A stretch of 64,000 nt of DNA from a virus (Duplodnaviria; Caudoviricetes), in IMG/VR virus record IMGVR_UViG_3300033463_000005, positions 128,001 through 192,000 of that record; one strand, written 5' to 3'. The notes below the pieces were generated by a model, which worked only from the letters and a program-made list of their open reading frames with translations, was not told where the DNA came from and ran no database searches. The translations under genes and the position numbers were made by a program. Below, in pieces: positions 49,851-59,489 of the stretch (the first letter of the stretch is position 1; every line of letters begins with the position of its first letter).

Positions 49851-49962
49851 ATATAATTCCTCCTTATATTTGATATCGGACATTCCGTATATCCAAAGAA
49901 ATTATATATGTATAAAAATAATAAAATACAGTGGGGCCGAAGCCCCACTGTATTCGCTGTGA

Positions 49963-50799
49963 TTATTTAAAAATATCAAAGAAACTTTCTTGGATGGTTT
50001 TCTTGTTTGCATCCCAACCTCTGCGGATCGACATGGATGGATCCATCTTAAACAGATAATCCATTTCACACAAACAATACTCGATGATGGAAGCATTCAT
50101 TGCATCCTTGTGCGCAACGGTAATACCATAACCAGCACCTTCAGCAATGATTGCACCGGTCATCTTCAGAATTGTAGATTCATTTGTGGTGTCGTTCTCC
50201 TCAAGTGGAATCTCCTCTTCCTCGGATTCAGACTTCTTCTCAACAATTTTCTTGTCTAGATCATCAAATACCGGAGCAGCATTCGATTGTGTGATAACTT
50301 TCGCAACATCATCAACAACTTTCTTTGACACAATGTCTTTCAGCTGTTTCCGAAGTTCCTCATAGCTTTCAACATTCTTCAATTCATCCTTCATGTTTGC
50401 TTCCGCATCCACATCAGTCTCATTGTCATCGGTGATCTTTGATTGAACTGTCATTGCTTTATCATCGATTTCCTGAATGACATTGGAGAGAATTGGAGAA
50501 TTCAGTTTATCTCTGGATTTGCAGAGATAATCATAACAGGTACAACCATAATCATCATGAATATGTTTCATGATAGATTGATCGATCATACCATCGAGAT
50601 CTTTGGTTTCATCATGCATCATCGCACAGATGATGTCTTTGAGAACATACAATGACAGCTTCTCACGGAATTCACCGGCATCAAACGTTTGGGGTTCAGG
50701 TGTTCCCATATTCTGATGCAGTGTTGAGTTTACTGTATTCGGAATTTTATTATTGGTGCCATCAATGATAGCGTCCAAAATAGATTTCACATCCGGCAT
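49963..50799 (-). CDS. Putative internal head protein
   Basis: Acidic and helical, with VIQE/TIQE motifs; co-transcribed with 50823-53792. Confidence 0.55.
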   Translation of the reverse strand: MPDVKSILDAIIDGTNNKIPNTVNSTLHQNMGTPEPQTFDAGEFREKLSLYVLKDIICAMMHDETKDLDGMIDQSIMKHIHDDYGCTCYDYLCKSRDKLNSPILSNVIQEIDDKAMTVQSKITDDNETDVDAEANMKDELKNVESYEELRKQLKDIVSKKVVDDVAKVITQSNAAPVFDDLDKKIVEKKSESEEEEIPLEENDTTNESTILKMTGAIIAEGAGYGITVAHKDAMNASIIEYCLCEMDYLFKMDPSMSIRRGWDANKKTIQESFFDIFK

Positions 50800-50822
50800 T
50801 GTATATCAACTCCTTTCGTATA

Positions 50823-53792
50823 TTAATAGCAAGCCCAGTCAAACACAGCTTTGGAAAAATCACACTTTGAAAGTGCTTCTTTTGTAATAAAGATTTGACC
50901 TGTACCACAATCTCCCCACATAATCGGTTTTGTTGAGTCTAATTGCAGAAGCAGGAAGCAATTTTCTGATGTAAATTTCACATCATCATATGCTCTGAAA
51001 TCGGATTGTGTGAATCCCGGATATCCTCCGATCTTATCACCATATTGATCAAATATTCCTTTACGATCAATTTGTTCAGAAAAACCTTTCGGAATCATAT
51101 CGATGATCTTATCATAAGCTTTTGAATCATTCAATTTCTTTTCTGGATCCGAAACATTTTCATTCCATGTTTCTATAAAAATCTTTTCATAATCATCAAT
51201 TTCATTCCAGGACCACGGTGCATTACAATTTTCCGATTTCTTAAATGTGACAATGTATTGATCATTCTTTTCGCCAAAGCAATAAACTGAATCACGGTCA
51301 TCATATATGGTCATATCAATCTGATTCACGAGTTCTTTTGTCTTATCCAGTTTTTTCATATCATCGGAAGAATAATACAGAACTCTGTATCGATTATCAT
51401 TCTTATTCCAACGACCAGAATTCATATTGCGGTCTAACCAGAATTGCATAATTCCATTTGATGGTAATTCTGATAATCCCGGAACATCCGCGAAATTAAT
51501 CTGGATAACAAATCGTAACTGTTTTCCATTTTTATCTGTTGGAATTTCTGCAATAAATGGCGGAATACCACCAATGACACTTGATGTTGGTTTGACAGAA
51601 TCGGGGTTGGCTTTTGAAGACCACGATAACTCAACACATGGTTTCTTCGTCTTATTCTCGATTAGCTTCAGAATCTTCTTGAACTCATCTGCTGAAAGTG
51701 GAAATTCATTTGGTAACGATGGACCTGATGTTTCGGTTTGTTCCACCTTTTTTGATTTACCAAAAATCTTATCAAAGAAACCATTCTTTTTTATAAATGC
51801 CAATCTATCAAGACTAACATTTTTCTTTATTACATCAGGAGCATGTTTTCTTTTCAAAAACAATGCTGCTTCTTGAACAGGTTTCGGATTCTTCGACTCA
51901 ACGATTTTTGCGACCGCGGTTGCTTCTGAAACAAAAGCTTGAATCAAACGTTTCACAACAGAAACGGAATTATCATCAACATCAGAACGCATGAGCGCAA
52001 TTAAATCAACGAGGACATGATTCAGACGTCTTAATTGATTCCGTTCGGATTCATCAAAGACTTTCTTCATACCGGAAGCTTTATGAACAACACGATTTAA
52101 TTTCTTACCTTCCTTGCGGAATTGGGAGCATAATTCAGTGATATCCATATCATTGTTATTCAGGACACCCATTGTTTTTCTGAGGTGAATATCCAGCTCC
52201 TTACCGATATTACCTCTCGTCAGAAAAAAAGCTTCTTGCGCTAGCTCCTCTTCTGTACCTTCAGTGGATGTATCTCCGGAATTCATGAAATCTTTCAGCT
52301 GTTGAATTGTCATGCCCTTGAGCTTCTCTGTACCTTGAGCCAAAAGCTCATCAATTGTCATATTGTCGAAATCAAGGTTTGATGTATCTTCAACAGGTTC
52401 CGCACCGGTCGAGCCTTCATCACCGATATCAGCAGCCAACTCTTCATCGGTTGGAGCATCCGTTGTATCCGAAAGATCGACGTCATTTGTGTCAGTTGCA
52501 TCTGTTGTACCATTGTCATCCATCAGGTCATCGATGTTAACATCAGAGGAATCATCAGTATTGTCAGCCTTTGTATCAGCCGCAACCTTTTCTGCAATCT
52601 GATCAGAAACGTCATTGGTCTCAATCGCTTCCTTGTTGTCGTCCGTTGCAGGAGCATCAGTTGTCACATCTGCACCGGCATCAGGTGTTGCTTGTGCTTG
52701 ACCATCTGCTGGTGGTGTATCGATAGAAACATCTGCTGCATTGGAATCTGTTGCAGGAGCTTCATCCGGATTACCAAAATCAATCGCCTCTTGGAAGAAA
52801 CGACTCGGTCTTGCCGTTGGATGTTCTGCCTCATAAGCCATCTCTTGAATGGCTTCACGTTTTGTAGTCGCATGCAGTTTCTTGATATCAGCTTCGGAAG
52901 TCTTTGTGAAGTTCTTCTCCGTTGCATTGTGAGAACCTTTGATCGGAACAGTCCATGTGATATATGGATATGCCTCCGAACCTTCTTTACCATCAATCTC
53001 AAAACCAAAGGAAACGCAATATTTATCCATCGGCTCAACCGGGACAATAACCTCTGTTGGTGTAATCTTCTCCCAAATGTCATAAGGACGTTCTACACCC
53101 AGTTCAGCACCATGTTGATTAAATAAAATCTGACGAAGTTGTGTGCCAATATTATCAAAATACTTCTGAAGAACCTGAATACTCTCAAGCTGCTTCTTCA
53201 GAATCCGATGTTTCTTATCGACCTGCCAACCAATCGGAAGTTTGACATAATAGGAACCTTTGTCAGGATGCTTACCAAAGTCAAGCGTAATTCTAGAAGG
53301 AACAGAATTATCCGAAATGTTAATTTTACCAAATCCAAACAGACCTTCCTGAATGATTTGATCCGTGTACTTTTTGTATGCAACAGCAGCTTCTGCAGTA
53401 ACTCTCTCCTCAAAAGCAGCATCTGTTTCACGGGCAAACTGTGTCATACTATTGTATGTTTCGGTGTAAATCTGATCGTATGTCTTCATGCCAAAATGCT
53501 CAAGAGCAAGATCAGATTCCTGAACTGTTGCATCCATCGGGATATTCGTCACACGACCATCCAACAGGTTCATTTCAACAGAATCAATCTCGATGTCGTC
53601 TTCCAGAGGGATATCGATCTTCGTGTAAGGACGGCTGCTACCAGCAGATGTACCCTTCATAGACAGATCATCCAGCTCTTGGAATAGATGTGCATACTCG
53701 AGAATTGCTTCATTCATTTGAGTCTCCGATTGAGACTCATCAGTTTCAGTATGCATTCTTGCCTGAAGCTCTTTGCTGATGTAATCAAGCAT
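50823..53792 (-). CDS. Putative processed internal virion protein with a C-terminal YwqG/DUF1963 domain
   Basis: Six xQE motifs and a D/T-rich linker; C-terminal IGGIP..QINF..GIMQFW..KIGGYP.FTQ.D.R..LLLQLDS..MWGDCG..F. Confidence 0.75.
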   Translation of the reverse strand: MLDYISKELQARMHTETDESQSETQMNEAILEYAHLFQELDDLSMKGTSAGSSRPYTKIDIPLEDDIEIDSVEMNLLDGRVTNIPMDATVQESDLALEHFGMKTYDQIYTETYNSMTQFARETDAAFEERVTAEAAVAYKKYTDQIIQEGLFGFGKINISDNSVPSRITLDFGKHPDKGSYYVKLPIGWQVDKKHRILKKQLESIQVLQKYFDNIGTQLRQILFNQHGAELGVERPYDIWEKITPTEVIVPVEPMDKYCVSFGFEIDGKEGSEAYPYITWTVPIKGSHNATEKNFTKTSEADIKKLHATTKREAIQEMAYEAEHPTARPSRFFQEAIDFGNPDEAPATDSNAADVSIDTPPADGQAQATPDAGADVTTDAPATDDNKEAIETNDVSDQIAEKVAADTKADNTDDSSDVNIDDLMDDNGTTDATDTNDVDLSDTTDAPTDEELAADIGDEGSTGAEPVEDTSNLDFDNMTIDELLAQGTEKLKGMTIQQLKDFMNSGDTSTEGTEEELAQEAFFLTRGNIGKELDIHLRKTMGVLNNNDMDITELCSQFRKEGKKLNRVVHKASGMKKVFDESERNQLRRLNHVLVDLIALMRSDVDDNSVSVVKRLIQAFVSEATAVAKIVESKNPKPVQEAALFLKRKHAPDVIKKNVSLDRLAFIKKNGFFDKIFGKSKKVEQTETSGPSLPNEFPLSADEFKKILKLIENKTKKPCVELSWSSKANPDSVKPTSSVIGGIPPFIAEIPTDKNGKQLRFVIQINFADVPGLSELPSNGIMQFWLDRNMNSGRWNKNDNRYRVLYYSSDDMKKLDKTKELVNQIDMTIYDDRDSVYCFGEKNDQYIVTFKKSENCNAPWSWNEIDDYEKIFIETWNENVSDPEKKLNDSKAYDKIIDMIPKGFSEQIDRKGIFDQYGDKIGGYPGFTQSDFRAYDDVKFTSENCFLLLQLDSTKPIMWGDCGTGQIFITKEALSKCDFSKAVFDWACY

Positions 53793-54050
53793 CGTAAAAT
53801 CTCTCCTTTATAAAAAACTTTAATCTTTTTGGATATGTATATCATTTTCGAGAATGGCGAAACAATCTCGATTATAACAATACACCAAATACTTCCAGGA
53901 AGATTTCTGAAACCATGTCTGGAGTTAACTCAGATATACCGACGTCTTCCAACTCCAAATCACCATTGATTTCAGTGCCATTGATTGTTGGTTTGTTTTC
54001 CAAATCACCATAATCCATAAAATCACCTCATATGAAAGGACTGATGGTTT

Positions 54051-55976
54051 ATGAACCCTTATCAAGAATATCTTGAACGTGTATGTACAATGTACACAAC
54101 AATGCACCCGGATGTAGATCCGGGTATAGTTCGTCAACATATTCAAGAATTAACAGATCGAAACTTCAAAGACATTCCATGTTGTTTACACAACAACATT
54201 TCAAATGAAAGAGTCAATACAACTATATGCAATACATTTGATTGGATTGAAAAACAAAGTCCGATCATCACAGGTAATGGAACCTTCTTCAAACAACATT
54301 CAGAATATCTTGCACCAATCGTTGTTATGCTGGAAACATTGAAAGCAGAACGAAAAGAAGTCAAGAAAAAGATGTATCAATACGACAAAAAATCGATTGA
54401 ATATCAGTTACTGAATACAGAACAAGGTTCCATCAAAGTCATCATGAACGCAGACTATGGCGGGTCTGGAACGACATTGTCTCCGTTCTATTCTTGTTAT
54501 ATACCACCTGCAACAACAGGTTCAGCAAGGGTGATGACCACTACCTTAATTTGTTGTCTGGAGATGCTTACAAACAACCAGAACAAATGGGCAAAGATTC
54601 AAAATATCAATGGATTATATGATTTCATATATACTGTATTGACAGATACCGAAGAACGCAAAATTATCAATGCAAAATATTCGATTGATGAAGTATGTGA
54701 TGCATTGTTAGAACACGTTGTCGATTATTCCATTGAAGATATTCTGTATCTGAAAGCATTCTTATCAACATTGACAGACGAACAACGAACAAAATTGCGT
54801 TTGGCTTTCCATGTGAAATATGTGTTGAGTGAATTCTTAAAGCATGATATTAAAATAGTATCCGATTACATGAAGGCGCATCAGATTGATTGGAATAATG
54901 TAACAAAGGAAACGTTGCAAGTATCTGGTTTTGGTCCAAGTATCCCGGAAGAGATTCAGACATATATGGACCATATTTCACAAACGGTTTTGGACAACTG
55001 TTGTTATCCATTTATATTGAATGACAATGAGATTCGTGCAGCAGAAATGGAACGACTGATTGTTTGTGTTACAGATACAGATTCATTGATGGTTCATTTT
55101 GCCGCATACATCGATGAATTTCAAACGAGAACAAGCAACTTCCGTGATAGTTGTATCATGGCTTCTGCAATTGGAATGCGTTTGTATGTTGAAAATATCA
55201 TACCAAGAATGGTAAAGTATCTGACAATTGGATGCAATATCAAAGATGAATATTACAGAAAGAAATTTGTATTTAAGAATGAATTTGGATTCTTGGCAAT
55301 GGCATTGATTGCAAAGAAGATGTATGCATCTTCCATGTTTGTTCAGGAAGGTTCTCCTCGTGAGATTCATGATATTGCCGTTTCCGGATTGTCATTTAAG
55401 AAACGCGATTCTGCAGAGTTCTTGGAAGACATCATGGTACATCTGTATGATAAATATATTCTGACTGCAGATCATGTCTCTGTAAAGGGAATCCTGGATG
55501 AATATTATGCATTGCGAGAAAAGCTTCGTTCTGAATTGGATACAAATCCGAAATATTATCAAGTACAAAGTTTGAAAGATATCTCCGCATATGATCCACA
55601 TAAAGTATTACCAGAACAAATGCGTGGTGCATTGATATGGAATCAGATGATGCCGGATGAAGAAATGTTACCAATGGATCGTGTTATTGTGATTCGGTTG
55701 TCATTCGATTTATTACAGAAACATGCACAAACAAATTTGCGAGTTGCGGAAATGTTACGACTGTTATTGGTAAACAATGAGAAGATGGAAACAACACCAT
55801 ACATATGTTTACCAGAACATTACAAGACCATTCCAGACTGGATTCGAATTGTAATCGACAAAGAGGGATGTATTGATAAACTTTTAACTCCATTTAAACA
55901 GCTATTGAGTTTGTTTGATGTCATGGTTGCAGAAACAAAAGCAGGAGCTGTTTCCAGTCGTATGATCTATTTATAA
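54051..55976 (+). CDS. Family B DNA polymerase, C-terminal part (fingers, palm motifs B and C, thumb)
   Basis: Motif B KVIMNADYG, motif C VTDTDS, KKMYA, GLSFKKRD. Confidence 0.88.
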   Translation: MNPYQEYLERVCTMYTTMHPDVDPGIVRQHIQELTDRNFKDIPCCLHNNISNERVNTTICNTFDWIEKQSPIITGNGTFFKQHSEYLAPIVVMLETLKAERKEVKKKMYQYDKKSIEYQLLNTEQGSIKVIMNADYGGSGTTLSPFYSCYIPPATTGSARVMTTTLICCLEMLTNNQNKWAKIQNINGLYDFIYTVLTDTEERKIINAKYSIDEVCDALLEHVVDYSIEDILYLKAFLSTLTDEQRTKLRLAFHVKYVLSEFLKHDIKIVSDYMKAHQIDWNNVTKETLQVSGFGPSIPEEIQTYMDHISQTVLDNCCYPFILNDNEIRAAEMERLIVCVTDTDSLMVHFAAYIDEFQTRTSNFRDSCIMASAIGMRLYVENIIPRMVKYLTIGCNIKDEYYRKKFVFKNEFGFLAMALIAKKMYASSMFVQEGSPREIHDIAVSGLSFKKRDSAEFLEDIMVHLYDKYILTADHVSVKGILDEYYALREKLRSELDTNPKYYQVQSLKDISAYDPHKVLPEQMRGALIWNQMMPDEEMLPMDRVIVIRLSFDLLQKHAQTNLRVAEMLRLLLVNNEKMETTPYICLPEHYKTIPDWIRIVIDKEGCIDKLLTPFKQLLSLFDVMVAETKAGAVSSRMIYL

Positions 55977-55994
55977 TAGAAAGGATGATGTAAT

Positions 55995-56549
55995 ATGTTG
56001 GATGAAGTCTATACCTGGATAGAAGAATATGCAGGTACATCATATGACTTCAATGAAGCGATTCAAGAGATTGACGGGAATGCGGCATTCCTGTCACCTT
56101 TTGAATGGAGAACTGCAATCGATTTGATTCTGGATCAGATGGATGATGCACTCGACATTGTGGATAAATACTGGAGATTATTACCAGATACATTACCGAA
56201 TCGCACGAATCTGAAACGGATGATTACGGAAACAACATTGCGTGAACTCGTGAAAAACGTTGACTCCGTTTGTAAACAACTCAACATCAATACCCCAACA
56301 ATGACAACTGTTGATGACTTAAGAGACATTGTCGTCGCATTATGTGAATTATTGGATATTTTAATTGAACATGATACAGATGATATTATTAAGAACAATT
56401 TGTACGACGAGCATGAAGAAAACAACGAGGATTCATTTGCATACAAATTGGATATCCAAAAGGAAGACATGACACAACTGTCTTTCAATGTATCATCCAT
56501 TCGTCAAGCATATTTCGAAGGGCTTGACGAAGATGAAGAATCGTATTAA
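55995..56549 (+). CDS. Hypothetical acidic protein
   Basis: 184-aa ORF with RBS. Confidence 0.7.
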   Translation: MLDEVYTWIEEYAGTSYDFNEAIQEIDGNAAFLSPFEWRTAIDLILDQMDDALDIVDKYWRLLPDTLPNRTNLKRMITETTLRELVKNVDSVCKQLNINTPTMTTVDDLRDIVVALCELLDILIEHDTDDIIKNNLYDEHEENNEDSFAYKLDIQKEDMTQLSFNVSSIRQAYFEGLDEDEESY

Positions 56550-56581
56550 TCTCGGAAATATATAATTAGTTCCGAGTTAAT

Positions 56582-56593
56582 AACATTTACTTA
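56582..56593 (+). promoter_or_regulatory. Putative AACA-N6-TA promoter
   Basis: AACATTTACTTA. Confidence 0.5.
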
Positions 56594-56622
56594 CACTATT
56601 ATTTATGAGGAGGAATACGATT

Positions 56623-57192
56623 ATGCCTTTCCAGCAATCAAGCAATTTCCAGAATAACAATGGAAACATGGGTGAGAAGAAGCGTACCAATTTCCCGGTC
56701 GGTAAAGTGTATGGTTCAGATGCAATTCTGAATCTCACTGTGTGGGTTTCTGACTCTGCGGTGTACACTATTTTCCAGATCAAACAGGCAATTGGTAAAG
56801 ATCCTTCCACGGGTGCAAATGCCTTTGAGCAGAAAGCACCGAATGAACTGCCACGTGTGTTCCTGAATCCGGAATATCTGTGTGCACTTATTGAAGCTGC
56901 AAAGAGCAATCTTCCGGAGATCACCATTGCTCCAAAAGCAGGTTCGAAGCTCCACATCACTGGACTCAACACGAATCAGATCAAGATTACAGTCGAGACC
57001 GATAAGCTTGGTTCTCGCACGATCACATTTGATTCCATTCCCGTTGGTTCAACGAATATTGCGGCATCCTGGACGAATCTGCAGAAGCTTCTTGCCGTTG
57101 CATATAAGAAAGCTCTGTATGCAAAACTGAATCCGGAAGAGTTTGCAACTGCGCTCGGTATGGAAAATAATGCAGAGGAGTTGCCGATCTAA
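56623..57192 (+). CDS. Putative single-stranded nucleic-acid-binding protein
   Basis: Two strand-strand-helix units reminiscent of PC4/Whirly folds; acidic SSB-like tail EELPI; replication cluster. Confidence 0.4.
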   Translation: MPFQQSSNFQNNNGNMGEKKRTNFPVGKVYGSDAILNLTVWVSDSAVYTIFQIKQAIGKDPSTGANAFEQKAPNELPRVFLNPEYLCALIEAAKSNLPEITIAPKAGSKLHITGLNTNQIKITVETDKLGSRTITFDSIPVGSTNIAASWTNLQKLLAVAYKKALYAKLNPEEFATALGMENNAEELPI

Positions 57193-57800
57193 TGATAGAC
57201 TTTTCCGATATCGGAAGTCGAGCATTTGTGATCCAATATGAAGATTTGATTTCATTGATTGGATTGAATACGGTATCCTACATTCTATCAAAACAAAATC
57301 AGAACACATCGGATGATATGATTCTCGCATATTTAAATCGGGAAAATTACGACATGAGTCGGTTCGTAAAAGAGCAGACTCATGTCGATTTTTCTTTGGA
57401 AAATATGATGCAATCAAAGTTAGCATGTGTTCCCAATTTAGCATATGCATTCAAAATGATGAGTGCGGCGCATCAACATGGTATCAGAGATTTATACATC
57501 CATTCAAATCTATATTCACCAATCATTGAAAACTTCGTTAAGCAATTGGAAATTCCAACAAATTACGTGCACGGGGATATCATCCCCGTGTTACGTAATT
57601 TACCGAATTGCACATATACAACTTCCGATCCAAATAATATTCGAACATGTCTAAATGCAAACGTTCCGTTTGCATTGACAATTGTGGATGATTTCCAGTA
57701 TGTAGGTCCGATTGTAACGGACGAAAATCTGCTAAAAGAACTAGAAAAGAAAAATGTCTATGTTCAATACACTGGTGTCATCTCAGCCGGTGTATTATGA
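57192..57800 (+). CDS. Hypothetical protein
   Basis: 202-aa ORF, TAATG-coupled to the upstream gene. Confidence 0.7.
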   Translation: MIDFSDIGSRAFVIQYEDLISLIGLNTVSYILSKQNQNTSDDMILAYLNRENYDMSRFVKEQTHVDFSLENMMQSKLACVPNLAYAFKMMSAAHQHGIRDLYIHSNLYSPIIENFVKQLEIPTNYVHGDIIPVLRNLPNCTYTTSDPNNIRTCLNANVPFALTIVDDFQYVGPIVTDENLLKELEKKNVYVQYTGVISAGVL

Positions 57801-57833
57801 CAATCTAAATTATTTCGAAGGGAATGGTTTGTC

Positions 57834-59462
57834 ATGGCTGAAGCAATCAATAAGACGATGTTGTATCTATATGATCCGGAAGCGGATTATACATATAACA
57901 CCGCCCACAACACCGAATACCCATACAATGGCTTCCCCACCGGTCTTCACGGCAGGAAGTATAAAAAGACTCGTTTCATCAATTGGGAACCAGTCCCGGA
58001 AGATATTATTATCCGACACGCGGGTTCTCAAATATTTGTAAACTTTTCCGCATTGTTTCCGAATGATGTCATTGACCCCGCGATTCAATTATTCCAGATG
58101 AGAACCCGTCGACTGGATTTACAAAATTTGATTTGTGAACAGATCAATTTCTTCACCGCATTATATGATGATGATAATGATCTGGTTACAAGTATGCTGA
58201 TTGCAAAATATCTGACAGATTCACAGACATATACAATTGTGACATTCGAAGAATATCAGAACAAATTATTTGAAATCCTATTCCCTGAAAATACAATTGC
58301 GAAGATAAAGAAAATGGTAGAAGAAAATGATGTAGGAGACGATGTTACCGGATTATTCCCAGAGGATATGCCGCGTGATATTTTCATTGTATCATTCATG
58401 ATTAAGGTCATGCATATCTTTATCGAACATTTCATCATTTCAACGGGTAATTCCCCAAAGGATTTGTATGAACTGTTTGCAATCGCATTTACAAATGTCA
58501 TGAATCATATCAACCCGAATATCTACGTATTGTTGTATGACTATGTGTACAACTCGGTTGTCCAGAGCTGCTCGTCGAATGCGAACATCTATGACATGCA
58601 GGCGATTGATGGTGTTACCATTCCGACAACGACACAGTTTGTGATGCGGAAATCATTACTGTGTGATGGTTTGATTAAACTGACATTTGCTTCTGCATGG
58701 GATAAGATTAACAAACGCCCGACATATTCATGTGTCGGTTTGATTAAAGCGATTATTACACAGGCTTCATTCGTCACAAGAAAAGTGCAGCTGAGATATT
58801 CTCTCGTGAATGTCGACGATGTGTCGCAGTTGTTGAGTGATCAGATCTCCAATAACTCAACAATTTCTATGATTCGTTCGTTCAACCCCGGAGAATATTC
58901 TTGCATGTATAAAGATCTCAAAATCATCATTGCACAAATTGCATTGGAAGTCGACTTATCTCCAGTCGATTTCTATCTGGAACATTTGACACAAATGAAT
59001 GAACTGTCCAAGATTCTGATTGAAGCCGTGTTATATAATAAATTTCATTCGTCCATATCCATCAACACACTGTCTATGAAACAGAAATACATTTTACTGT
59101 TGTATGTCAGAAACATGATCATGCAGATTTATAATCTTACCGAAGACGATACAAAATACAATACAATGATCAATATGTTGATGGCAAGAACTGTGACACA
59201 CGCAACAAAAACATTGACTGCAAAAGATTTGAATTCCATCAAGAAATATGTCAAACTAAATAATCTGAAAGAATTCCTGCTGTCCGACAAGAATGTCAAC
59301 ACATTTGTGGAATCCATCATGCATTCTGTATTGTCATCATATACGATCGTTAATCACAATGATGCAGAACTGTTGGATACTCCACTACAGTATGATGCAA
59401 ATGCAATGACATTGGAATTGTTGGACATGTGTGTATCGTTATTTGATTACATTGCAAAATGA
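57834..59462 (+). CDS. Hypothetical protein, candidate sigma-like promoter-specificity subunit of the non-virion RNAP
   Basis: 542 aa, mostly helical, directly upstream of beta'-N; function is inferred only. Confidence 0.45.
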   Translation: MAEAINKTMLYLYDPEADYTYNTAHNTEYPYNGFPTGLHGRKYKKTRFINWEPVPEDIIIRHAGSQIFVNFSALFPNDVIDPAIQLFQMRTRRLDLQNLICEQINFFTALYDDDNDLVTSMLIAKYLTDSQTYTIVTFEEYQNKLFEILFPENTIAKIKKMVEENDVGDDVTGLFPEDMPRDIFIVSFMIKVMHIFIEHFIISTGNSPKDLYELFAIAFTNVMNHINPNIYVLLYDYVYNSVVQSCSSNANIYDMQAIDGVTIPTTTQFVMRKSLLCDGLIKLTFASAWDKINKRPTYSCVGLIKAIITQASFVTRKVQLRYSLVNVDDVSQLLSDQISNNSTISMIRSFNPGEYSCMYKDLKIIIAQIALEVDLSPVDFYLEHLTQMNELSKILIEAVLYNKFHSSISINTLSMKQKYILLLYVRNMIMQIYNLTEDDTKYNTMINMLMARTVTHATKTLTAKDLNSIKKYVKLNNLKEFLLSDKNVNTFVESIMHSVLSSYTIVNHNDAELLDTPLQYDANAMTLELLDMCVSLFDYIAK

Positions 59463-59489
59463 ATTTGATGTTAGGAGGTATATCATTTC

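Noticed and set aside
36234-53687. Numerous 60-180 aa ORFs antisense to or overlapping long genes
   Set aside because: Shadow frames without RBS or recognisable motifs.
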